Shown here: positions 46,435 through 55,700 of the stretch, piece after piece
How the letters are laid out: each line of letters opens with the position of its first letter
Numbering within the stretch: position 1 is the first letter of the stretch
Assembly: GCA_964443875.1 (NCBI GenBank)
Contig: CAYUET010000002.1
Location: 70,082 to 134,081, forward strand
Source of the DNA: an uncultured bacterium
GTDB lineage: Bacteria; Auribacterota; JAFGBW01
Direction of reading: 5' to 3'
Length of the DNA: 64,000 nt
Translations under genes and position numbers: made by a program
Notes under the pieces: model-generated
What the model was told of the DNA's origin: nothing
Seen by the model: the letters and a program-made list of their open reading frames with translations, nothing else
Databases searched by the model: none

Positions 46435-46527
46435 ATCGGTTTTTATCCGGAAGAAAAAGTAACGAGACTCTTCCCACACCTCTCCACTTATGGTATCTTA
46501 TGTTAATTTGAATAAAAGTGGACGATT

Positions 46528-49008
46528 ATGGCCAGACAAATAATTTATATCCTGGTTTTTGCCGTGTCCTGCGGCTTCTGCCTGACGGGAAACTCCGTAT
46601 GGGGACTCAGTCCTCATTCTGTCATGGTTCAGTCTGAAGGCAGTGATTTTCGGGTGAATTATGACGAAGTGATTATCAGCGAGATTTCAAAGCTTGAAGA
46701 GGAATTGAAAAATCTGCCGGATAAGATTCAAAAGACTCCTGAGGATTATAAGGTTAAAATTGTTGAGGGCTTCACCCCTCACGGCAAGGATCTTTTGAAG
46801 CAGATGCTTAAGAGAGGGAAAATCACCCTCCTGGCCGCACCAGAGGGTACTCCGCTTAAAAATCTGGTGGAGGAGGTCGCAGATCCCAGAATGACAACCG
46901 TTTTCCGAATTTCCGACTACTACCTGGATCAGACTGTGAAATACAAGGCAACCCCCAGAGATGTTCACTGGGAGCTTTTGAAAAAAGATATTGCCAAACA
47001 TCTGGTAAAAAAACCTAACAAGAGGATTGTGGTGGAAGGCCCTTTTGCCCTTCAGGATGAGCTTTGGAACTACCTGGCCGGAGAGACGGGAGTTTTTGTT
47101 TTAAAACTTTTTGTCAATTACCCTAAAAAAATCCGAAAGGGGAAACTGGGCATTGCGGATGATAGTAAATCCGTGGAAAAATGGAACCTGATCCGTAAGA
47201 ATGAGCTGAATGATATTTATCCGCAGCTTCCCCATGCTCATTTTGTGGTTAATCTTGCGCCTGCCCAGGAATTTTATCCCTATTCCAACTTAAGGCTTAT
47301 GAATCTGTCAGACAAATCCTTTCATTCCAAAGACCGCTTTGCCAATGCCTTTCTGTCCATTCCTGACAACGGAACAGTGGATATTGTCACGGCCGGGGGG
47401 GGAGGAGATGTTTACGGGGCCATTCTGCAGGCCATGTCCCTGAAGGAAGTGCTTCTTAAGGCCGGTAAAAAAAATATTCGCTTCAGGGTTTTTACCTCGA
47501 ATTTGAAAAGGGGAAGCGAGAATCCCAAGGGCGGTCCGGCAGACATGAAAAAAATTCTCTACCCTGTAAAGGGCAAACTGAAATCGATTCCCCCCTGTAA
47601 AAACAGTCGTCATTTTTATCGTATTTTTGAGGGCATTGAGGTTGTTTCCTCTGTGAGCGATGATGAGAGGCGCGATATAGTTATCGATGGTAAAGAGCTT
47701 ACCACCCGGGTGGCTTTAAGTGACGGGGAAATTGTTGAGAAGGCAAAATCTTTAGGGATAGAAGTGCTTATGGCGGATGCGGCGGTCAGCGGAAAGGATC
47801 TGGCAGAGGATTACGAAGGGATGACATCAAAGGAATCCGTTTTTACCATAATCGGAGATATGGGAGGGGATATTGCGGCCCGTTTTCCTGTTCCCCGGAA
47901 CGGTAAAAATTATCCTGAGAAAGATGTGCGTTCCCCCAATACGGATACCCTGTTTCTGGATATGGCCTATCATTTGAAAAAAATCCAGCTTTCACGCGGC
48001 ATTGAGGATAAAACCTGGGTATCCATTGCCGCCTACGGCGGTGACGGGGAGCTTGGATATACCGGGCTTCAGTATCTGAAGGAAATTATAGGCTCTGAAG
48101 AGCTGCAGGCTGTGTTTTATAATCTGAAATTTCTTACGGCTCACAAATCGATCCTGGACCGTCTGCTTCAGTGGAATATTCACAGCGAGGTTTCCGGAAA
48201 TCTGATCAACAATATCCGGAAATGGATAGAGGAATATAAACCCAATGAATATGAAGAAAAAAGATCCCCCTGGAGCTTTGATCAGGCTTCACAGATCAAA
48301 GGTCCTCAGCAGACCATCCGCAACGGCACAAGAACCGTTGTAATGCCTGTGGAATATGTGAATACGATTTATGTGGCTCCTGAAACCTTAAGAGAGCGCA
48401 TTGACGACCAGATCAGCACTGAAGGAAAAGGGTGGTTTGATATTGACCAGGAACTCCGGTCAAAGTGTGAGCATAATCCCGTGGGAGAGCCCACGGGATT
48501 ATGCACGGAAATGACGGATCCCAACAATATCCGTGACCGTAAAAATGTCAATGTAAGACTTCTGGTGGATCATGTGAGAAAAGTATCCGGCTGCATGACC
48601 TTTAAAGAGGCCGTGCAATGGCTTTTCAGAAAGGGTGTTCTCGGGGGCGGAATCAATGCTTATCAGTTTGAAAAAGGGCTTCTTTTTCTCAAGCTGAGCG
48701 AGGTCTATCCCTCTGAGATTTTAATTCAGAATGAACTGCAGAGCCTGTCTGAAATATTTGTTTTACTGGAAACGCTGAATAAAAAGGAAGTGAATCCTAA
48801 GGAAAGGGAAAGAGTTCAGGCGCTTTATCATTTATTGAGTCAGTACATTCTGTACAAGGTCGGCGGGTTTGAGGAAACAGTCAAAGAGGATTTGAAGCTT
48901 ATGCCTTTTATTGCAGAATACTACCCTGTGCTTTATTTTCTGCTCGCAAACCGTGGTCCTTTGGAGGAACTGAAAATTTCCGGCGAAGCGGTTTCAAAGG
49001 CGGCCTAA
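46528..49008 (+). CDS. Large hypothetical secreted protein (826 aa)
   Basis: It has a signal peptide (MARQIIYILVFAVSCGFCLTGNSVWG) and three Gly-rich acidic loops (TAGGGGDVYG, IGDMGGDIA, AAYGGDGELGY). No family was recognised. Confidence 0.5.
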   Translation: MARQIIYILVFAVSCGFCLTGNSVWGLSPHSVMVQSEGSDFRVNYDEVIISEISKLEEELKNLPDKIQKTPEDYKVKIVEGFTPHGKDLLKQMLKRGKITLLAAPEGTPLKNLVEEVADPRMTTVFRISDYYLDQTVKYKATPRDVHWELLKKDIAKHLVKKPNKRIVVEGPFALQDELWNYLAGETGVFVLKLFVNYPKKIRKGKLGIADDSKSVEKWNLIRKNELNDIYPQLPHAHFVVNLAPAQEFYPYSNLRLMNLSDKSFHSKDRFANAFLSIPDNGTVDIVTAGGGGDVYGAILQAMSLKEVLLKAGKKNIRFRVFTSNLKRGSENPKGGPADMKKILYPVKGKLKSIPPCKNSRHFYRIFEGIEVVSSVSDDERRDIVIDGKELTTRVALSDGEIVEKAKSLGIEVLMADAAVSGKDLAEDYEGMTSKESVFTIIGDMGGDIAARFPVPRNGKNYPEKDVRSPNTDTLFLDMAYHLKKIQLSRGIEDKTWVSIAAYGGDGELGYTGLQYLKEIIGSEELQAVFYNLKFLTAHKSILDRLLQWNIHSEVSGNLINNIRKWIEEYKPNEYEEKRSPWSFDQASQIKGPQQTIRNGTRTVVMPVEYVNTIYVAPETLRERIDDQISTEGKGWFDIDQELRSKCEHNPVGEPTGLCTEMTDPNNIRDRKNVNVRLLVDHVRKVSGCMTFKEAVQWLFRKGVLGGGINAYQFEKGLLFLKLSEVYPSEILIQNELQSLSEIFVLLETLNKKEVNPKERERVQALYHLLSQYILYKVGGFEETVKEDLKLMPFIAEYYPVLYFLLANRGPLEELKISGEAVSKAA

Positions 49009-49032
49009 CCCGCATAAGGTCTTTCTTCGTGA

Positions 49033-49581
49033 TTATTTGATATTTCCTTTGACGAAACTCATGAATTCCTGACGGGTGGCTCTGTCGCGGAAGCAGCCTA
49101 AAATGGAGCTGGTGATCATGGTGGCATTCTGTTTTTCAACCCCGCGCATGGCCGTGCAAAGGTGATAGGCTTCAATCACAACGCCAACTCCCTGCGGATT
49201 CAGGGCTTCTTCAATACACTGGGCGATCTGCTGGGTCAGCCTTTCCTGAACCTGCAGACGGCGCGCATAGGATTCCACAACCCGCATGATTTTGCTTAAA
49301 CCCACGATTTTTCCGTTGGGAATATAGGCCACATGGGCCTTTCCGTGGAAGGGCAAAAGGTGGTGCTCACACAGGGAATAAAGGCCTATGTCTTTTACAA
49401 CCACCATTTCATCATAGTTTTCATGAAAAACAGCGGATTTCAGGATTTGGATCGGGTCTTCCTTGTATCCTTTGGTGAGAAACTGATACGCTTTTTCAAC
49501 GCGTTCAGGAGTTTTTTCAAGCCCTTCACGTTTCGGGTCTTCTCCAATGGCTTTTAATATCTGAACAATGGCATCCTGCAT
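49033..49581 (-). CDS. folE: GTP cyclohydrolase I
   Basis: 182 aa. The motifs [18 protein letters not shown] and [12 protein letters not shown] match the FolE family. Confidence 0.9.
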   Translation of the reverse strand: MQDAIVQILKAIGEDPKREGLEKTPERVEKAYQFLTKGYKEDPIQILKSAVFHENYDEMVVVKDIGLYSLCEHHLLPFHGKAHVAYIPNGKIVGLSKIMRVVESYARRLQVQERLTQQIAQCIEEALNPQGVGVVIEAYHLCTAMRGVEKQNATMITSSILGCFRDRATRQEFMSFVKGNIK

Positions 49582-49879
49582 GCTGTTACGCTCCTTCCTG
49601 TGAATTCAACAAAAGTGTATTTAACACAATCCCTGGTTTGCTGGCAATAGAGTAAGGTTTTTTTCTTCGGTTTGTGACAAAATGTCTCATTTTTTGACAG
49701 GGGTATCCGTGTAATAAAAAAAGGTCTGATGAAGGCTTTTTTGTGTAATTTATTTAAAAATATAAAGTTGCAATTATTGCGATGTTTGGCATGCGTTATG
49801 AATTTATAATAAGCATAAATACTAAACACAGCCCTTATAGGGATAATAAAAAACAAATAAACCAAGAAAGGAGTTAACC

Positions 49880-50308
49880 ATGAATGGAACTTATGCTTAC
49901 TACAATCCGTTAAGGGAGCTGCACTATTTCCAGAAACAGCTCAGTGATTTATTTGAGGATTTTAATGAGCGTCGTGGTGAATATCCCCTTGTGAATATCT
50001 GGGGGAATTCTGAAGGTCTTCTGGTCACAGCAGAGCTTCCTGGTCTGGATGTGAAAGACATTCAGCTGACCGCCAAAGGGGATACTCTGACTCTGGAAGT
50101 TGAAAAAAAATCAGAGGTCATTGATTCACAGGGGATCTGTATTCACAGGAATGAAAGGGAAGGTGATCCCTTTATTAAAACAGTGAGGCTTCCCTATGAA
50201 GTAAACGGGGAGAATATTTCCGCAAAATATTCCAATGGTGTTTTAAAGGTAACACTGCCTAGGGCAGAAGCGGGAAAACCGAGAAAAATAACCGTAACAC
50301 AAGAATAA
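49880..50308 (+). CDS. Small heat-shock protein (Hsp20/alpha-crystallin family), 1 of 3
   Basis: It has an alpha-crystallin domain (LVTAELPGLDVKDIQLTAKGDTLTLEV...GVLKVTLPR). The RBS is AAAGGAG. Confidence 0.85.
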   Translation: MNGTYAYYNPLRELHYFQKQLSDLFEDFNERRGEYPLVNIWGNSEGLLVTAELPGLDVKDIQLTAKGDTLTLEVEKKSEVIDSQGICIHRNEREGDPFIKTVRLPYEVNGENISAKYSNGVLKVTLPRAEAGKPRKITVTQE

Positions 50309-50335
50309 TAACCGACAACAAAAAGGAGGCTGCAC

Positions 50336-50731
50336 ATGAATAACGATGCCAACAATAATAAAAAAGAAAATACCCGGCCTGAACTCACACAAGACAAACC
50401 TGTATTCACCCCGCTCACAGATATTTATGAATCAACGGAGTCGATTTATGTGGTTTGTGATGTTCCCGGGGTGCAGGAAAAAAACATTGATATTTCCCTT
50501 GAAAACGATGTGCTGACCATTACCGCCTACCAGGATGAGGAGCAGTACGAAGGGTACCAGGCCCTGTACAAAAGTTATGACAGGGGAATTTTTCAGAGAT
50601 CCTTCACGCTTTCTCAGACCATAGACAAGGCAAAAATCAAGGCCACTGTCAAACAGGGAGTCTTAAAGATTGAGCTTCCCAAGTCCGAAGAGGTGAAGCC
50701 TAAGAAGATATCTGTAGAAATTGAAAAATAA
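50336..50731 (+). CDS. Small heat-shock protein (Hsp20 family), 2 of 3
   Basis: VVCDVPGVQEKNIDISLENDVLTITA...GVLKIELPK. The RBS is AAAGGAGG. Confidence 0.85.
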   Translation: MNNDANNNKKENTRPELTQDKPVFTPLTDIYESTESIYVVCDVPGVQEKNIDISLENDVLTITAYQDEEQYEGYQALYKSYDRGIFQRSFTLSQTIDKAKIKATVKQGVLKIELPKSEEVKPKKISVEIEK

Positions 50732-50760
50732 AAATTCTTAAGAACAAGGAGGTGATTTCC

Positions 50761-51276
50761 ATGTTTAAGAATCTTATCCCATGGAAAAAAGGAAAAATGG
50801 AGGCGGCTCGGAAGAAGGAAGATTCATTTATGAATTTTCATAAACAGATGGATCAAATGTTTAATCAATTTCTGAGAGATTTCGATATGCCTGGTTTTGC
50901 TTTTCCTCCACTCAACAGATTTGAAAAGGGATGGATGAAGGCGCCTGAGGTGGATGTGGATGAAAATGAAAAGGAAATCCGGGTTACTGCCGACCTTCCG
51001 GGGATTGATGAGAAAGATGTGGATGTGTCGCTTGAAGGAAACAGTCTGACCCTCAAAGGGGAGAAGAAGGAGGAGAAGAGTTCAGGCCAATCGAAGGGAC
51101 GCCTGACGGAAAGGCGCTACGGCTCCTTTGAAAGAAGGATAGCAGTACCTTCGGATCAGATAGATCCGGCTAAGATCAGGGCTTCCATGAAAAAGGGAGT
51201 ACTGACTGTTCTTCTTCCCAAAATCAGAGGCAGGCAGGAGAATCAAAAAAAGATAGCGATTCAGACGGAGGATTGA
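50761..51276 (+). CDS. Small heat-shock protein (Hsp20 family), 3 of 3
   Basis: VTADLPGIDEKDVDVSLEGNSLTLKGEKK...GVLTVLLPK. The ATG at 50761 follows an AAGGAGGTGA RBS. The listed ORF from 50752 starts at a GTG inside that RBS. Confidence 0.85.
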   Translation: MFKNLIPWKKGKMEAARKKEDSFMNFHKQMDQMFNQFLRDFDMPGFAFPPLNRFEKGWMKAPEVDVDENEKEIRVTADLPGIDEKDVDVSLEGNSLTLKGEKKEEKSSGQSKGRLTERRYGSFERRIAVPSDQIDPAKIRASMKKGVLTVLLPKIRGRQENQKKIAIQTED

Positions 51277-51350
51277 TAATCTATGCCCTTAATCCGGCCG
51301 GTTTTTTCCGGCCGGGTTTATTTTTTATAAACGTTTAAAAGGAAAGAAAA

Positions 51351-52301
51351 GTGAAATATAAGGACTATTATGAGATACTGGGCATAGGGAAGAATGCTTC
51401 GGCAGACGATATTAAAAAGGCCTACCGCAAGCTTGCAAGAAAATACCATCCGGATGTGAACAAGGCCGCCGGGGCGGAAAATAAATTCAAAGACATCAAT
51501 GAAGCGAATGAAGTGCTGAGTGATCCTGAAAAAAGAAACCGCTATGATCACATGGGCAGTGCCTGGCAGAACGGGCAGGATTTTAACCCGCCGCCGGATT
51601 GGGAGCAGTACGGGTTTGGTAAAAGAAGAAGCGGAAGACAAAGCAATGCGGATTTTGGAAACTTCGGCGGATTCAGTGATTTTTTTGAATCCTTTTTCGG
51701 CGGTGGCGGCTTCGGGCAGGGCATGAGCCAGGAGGATATTTTTTCCGGAAGACACAACCGTCATGCCGCAGGACAGGATCTGGAAGCGGAAGTAAGCATC
51801 ACCCTGGAAGAAGCCTACAAGGGGGTAAATAAGACGCTTTCCTTTGAATCCAGAACCCATGGAGCCCGAAATTTTGATGTTAAAATTCCGGCTGGAATCA
51901 GTGACGGAGCGGTTTTAAGACTTAAAGGACAGGGGGGGGAAGGCCGTGGATCAGGTAAAAAAGGCGACCTGCTTTTAAAAATTCATCTTCAGCCTCATTC
52001 GAAATTCCGCATTAAGGGGTCTGATCTTGAAACGGATCTGGAAGTAAGTCCCTGGGAGGCTCTGCTTGGAACCAAGGTCAGTTTTACACTTCTGGACAAT
52101 CCCATCACCCTTACTATTCCGTCAGGCGCACAGTCAGGAAATCGGCTGCGGCTGAAGGGAAAGGGTATGAAAATGAAGAATAACGAGAGCGGGGATTTGT
52201 ACATTGTCGTTAAAATCATGAATCCCAAATACCCCACGCATGAGGAAAAAAAGTTATTTCAGGAACTGGCGGATATTTCCAAATTCAACCCGAGAGGGTA
52301 G
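51351..52301 (+). CDS. cbpA: Curved-DNA-binding protein (DnaJ homolog without zinc finger)
   Basis: The J domain is [36 protein letters not shown]-rich linker and C-terminal substrate-binding domains follow, with no CxxCxGxG repeats. It uses a GTG start. Confidence 0.8.
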   Translation: MKYKDYYEILGIGKNASADDIKKAYRKLARKYHPDVNKAAGAENKFKDINEANEVLSDPEKRNRYDHMGSAWQNGQDFNPPPDWEQYGFGKRRSGRQSNADFGNFGGFSDFFESFFGGGGFGQGMSQEDIFSGRHNRHAAGQDLEAEVSITLEEAYKGVNKTLSFESRTHGARNFDVKIPAGISDGAVLRLKGQGGEGRGSGKKGDLLLKIHLQPHSKFRIKGSDLETDLEVSPWEALLGTKVSFTLLDNPITLTIPSGAQSGNRLRLKGKGMKMKNNESGDLYIVVKIMNPKYPTHEEKKLFQELADISKFNPRG

Positions 52302-52318
52302 AGTTTTTTTATCTCATT

Positions 52319-52460
52319 GGGTTTAATTCCTCGCAGCTTGCTGCGGCTTTGTCATTGCGAGGCTTTGCGAAGCAATCTAGATGAGAGAGATTGCTTCGTC
52401 CCAAAGCGTCCTCGCAATGGCGTATTTGATACCTCGCAGCTTGCTGCGGGGTAGTTCATT
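52319..52460. repeat. Structured intergenic repeat element, copy C (variant core)
   Basis: Its termini match copies A and B (GGGTTTAATTCCTCGCAGCTTGCTGCGGCTTTGTCATT ... ACCTCGCAGCTTGCTGCGGGGTAGTTCATT). The core is a perfect nested double hairpin: CATTGCGAGG/CCTCGCAATG outside and CGAAGCAATCT/AGATTGCTTCG inside. Confidence 0.7.
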
Positions 52461-52743
52461 AGGGGATCTGGAAATAATCGGATTCTTTTATAATATCGTT
52501 TTATTTAAAATAAACGATGGAGGACTGTTTTGACATTATTTCAGTTTGATTAATTCTGTTTCAGCAGGGAGTTTTTTTAGTTTTTAAATAATTTTCCGGG
52601 TCAGCCCGCTTTAGTCCGAAATTTCTAAAATACAGTAAAAAGCCTGTTTTTGTGTGATTAATTCTGGACAAATTCTTATCTCAGGAATAAGGTTTTTGTC
52701 ATAAAGAATACACCCTTTAATCCATACAAAAAAAGGTTTATTT

Positions 52744-55700
52744 ATGAAAAGAGTTCTGTTCTTTTTTTTCATGCTTTATTCCGGTTTCTGTTTTTCAGCT
52801 ACGTACACAGTAAGCAGCGACAGCGAGGCAGAATTCGCAGTCGGTACGCTGAGAGGATCTTTGCACCAGGCGGAGGCAAATCCGGGTCCGGATACCATTG
52901 TGTTTGATAGAGATATGACTATTAGTTTAACAAATATTAGCCGTGTTTTTGTTTATAATAATGAGGGGGTTACCATTGATGCCCAGGGGTACAATGTGAT
53001 CATCGACGGAACGGGTATGAATCTGGATCCTGGATGGCCTGCAGTTGGAATATGGCTTGTGGACACCGGGCACCTTTGGGGGGGGGGGCAGTTAGGCGGT
53101 AATGCGACAATAAGGGGAATTACTTTCAGAAATTGTGCCTATGGGGGCGCTTTGGTTTCATCCGGATCAGCGAATAATTCCTTTATTGATTGTACATTTC
53201 ATAACAATGGAGCCAGCGGTATTGTTGTCGATGGTACTGATGCTTCTTTGGACGGAAGTCAGAATACCTCCAATATCACGATTCAGAATTGTGTTTTTTA
53301 TAACCAGGCGCATAGCGGTGTTTATATTAAGAGGACTGAGGATGTTTCCATTGAAAACTGCGTAAGTTACAACAATACCCAGAATGGTTTTCTGATTGCT
53401 GAAAGTTCAAATGTAGATATCAGCAATTGCAGAACCTATTCCAATACCCAGAGCGGAATCTGGTTTATTTCTGATTGCCACAACAATTCTGTAACCGGAT
53501 GCGAAATCGGGGGAAGCGCAGGAGGCAACGGCTGGCCGGGTGTTATCATTTCAGGAACCTGCACGGACAACACCTTAAGAAATAATTCCATTACCCACAA
53601 TGGGGCTGAGGGAATAAAGATTGATGACCATTGCGAAACCACGACCATAGAAAATAATGTGATTGCTGAAAATATTTATTCAGGAATTCTGGTTACGGGT
53701 AGTTCAGGTTCCAGTACCATTATCAACAACACCCTTCTTGGAAATCAGCAGAACGGGATCTGGCTGATGGGGGCTTCCAACAATCGAATCCATAACAACA
53801 CCATTGGAACAAATTCTTCCGGGGCTGTATACGGCAATCGCTGGTGCGGGGTTCTGGTTTCAAGCGGATCAACGGATAATTTTATAGGTGGTGATACAGC
53901 GAGTCTCGGGAACCTCATTGTGAACAACCTTGCAGAAGGGGTAAAGGTGGATGGCTGGGATACGATCCGGAACCTGGTCCGATTCAATACCTATTATTCC
54001 AATGCGCAGGGCGGATACAGGAATGTGAACGGTGCCAACCAGGCGCTTCCAGTTCCTTACATTTACCCCCCGGCAACCTATACTTCTCCCCAGCAGGTTA
54101 CTGTTCACGGGCTGGGTACTCCCGGGACAGTGGTTGACATCTATATCAGTGATTCTCAGACTGATAAAACCCAAGCTCGGTATTATAAGGGAACTGTCGA
54201 GCCCAATGCGGACGGCGAGTTTTCCTTCACCTTTGATTATGACCATCCGGGGCAGATCATTACAGCTGTCGCACGCGACGGAGTCCGGAATTCCAGCGGC
54301 TTTGACGTGCAGATAACAGAAGGCGGCCTGACGGGAACTGTTCTGGATTCCAAGACCAAGATGCCGGTTTATGATGCGGAAGTTTATCTTTATGATTCCC
54401 AAAACCGGATTTATACCGCCACACGCACAGGCACGGACGGAAAATTTACTTTTGCACTTCTTCAGGGGACTTTTTCCATTGTTGTGAAGAAACAGGGGTA
54501 TCGCTTTCCTTCCATACTTACGGAGTCGCTTTCCGGTGCGGCCAAAGGGGAGGTTTTCAGTTTTCAATCTTCTCTGAATCTGGAAATTCCTGTGGATCAG
54601 GGGTATCCGCTGGATGTTAATCTGACCCTGGAAAAGGATAAGGTTTCTGCCGGAGATCCCCTTGGTGTTCAACTGGCAATAAACAATACTTCGACGGATG
54701 ATTATTCAAAAGTGAATCTTCGCTATTATCTTCCTCCCACCCTGAAACTGGCATCGTCCGCTCCTGTCCAGGTGAATGGAGAAACGGTCAGCCTGCAGAC
54801 GGAAACAGACGGTTTTATTCTGCCTCTTTCCAATATCAGGGCAGGAGATAACTTTACCATTCCCCTCGTTTTCTGGGTGTCCGGAGGGGCCGAGGAAAAA
54901 GAGTTTATGATCGGGGCAAGGGCCTATCAGGTTCGCGGCGGAAGTGCTCTTTATTTAAGTGACCTCCGCCTTAAGGAGGTTGCGGTTGTGCCGGATGAGT
55001 TCATGGAAAATTCAACCCTGATCGGCAAGGTCTTTCTGGATTCCAATGCAAACGGTATCCAGGATTACGGAGAAAAGGGAATTCCCAACGCGGTGATTTA
55101 CTCCGAGCAGGGACTTATCATTACGACGGATAAAAACGGTTTATATTCTGTGCCTGACATCACAGAAGGTTCCCATGTGTTCATGGTTAAAAGAAACTCT
55201 TTACCCAAAGGCATGACTCTGGAAAAAAATTCCATGATGGTTCACGTGCGTAAAGGTTCCATGCACAAGGTGAATTTTGCAGTGAAGGCGGAGAGTGCGG
55301 ATATCTCTGTGGATACCCCGGCTTCCACGATCATTCTTCAGGAGGAGATGAATCCTCCCGTTGCCTTTACCGAGGTTAATCTGCGGAAATATGAGAATCA
55401 GGGATTCAGAAAAACCGGAGAGGACCAATACCAGATGGAATTTGATATTGTGTCGAATTCGAGGCTTTATATCAAAGATTGGGATTTTGTCTTAAGGACC
55501 GTTTCGGATCAGAGGGAGGTGTTTGTAAAATCCTCCCAGCAAATTTCAATGCTTCCCAAACAATTTATAGTGCCCCTGAACGGGCGTCAGCTTTATGAAC
55601 TCAACGGAAAAAATCTGGAATATTTTTTAACAATCACCTATTCCAATGGAGTAAAGACAGAGACCCCGGCTCAGAAAATTAGAATTGAGCATAAGGGAAG

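Noticed and set aside
49780-49800. Sigma-54-like TGGCATGCGTTATGAA upstream of the Hsp20 cluster
   Set aside because: The -24 GG is present, but the -12 element is ATGA rather than the conserved TTGC/GC. That is too weak to call a sigma-54 promoter.
51318-51860. 180-aa ORF on the - strand
   Set aside because: It is antisense to the J-domain region of cbpA, which has clear DnaJ motifs, so it is a shadow ORF.
53869-54672. 267-aa - strand ORF, and 59872..60603 (243 aa)
   Set aside because: Both lie inside the 2,721-aa giant ORF on the opposite strand. They arise because the repeat-rich sense frame leaves the opposite strand with few stop codons.
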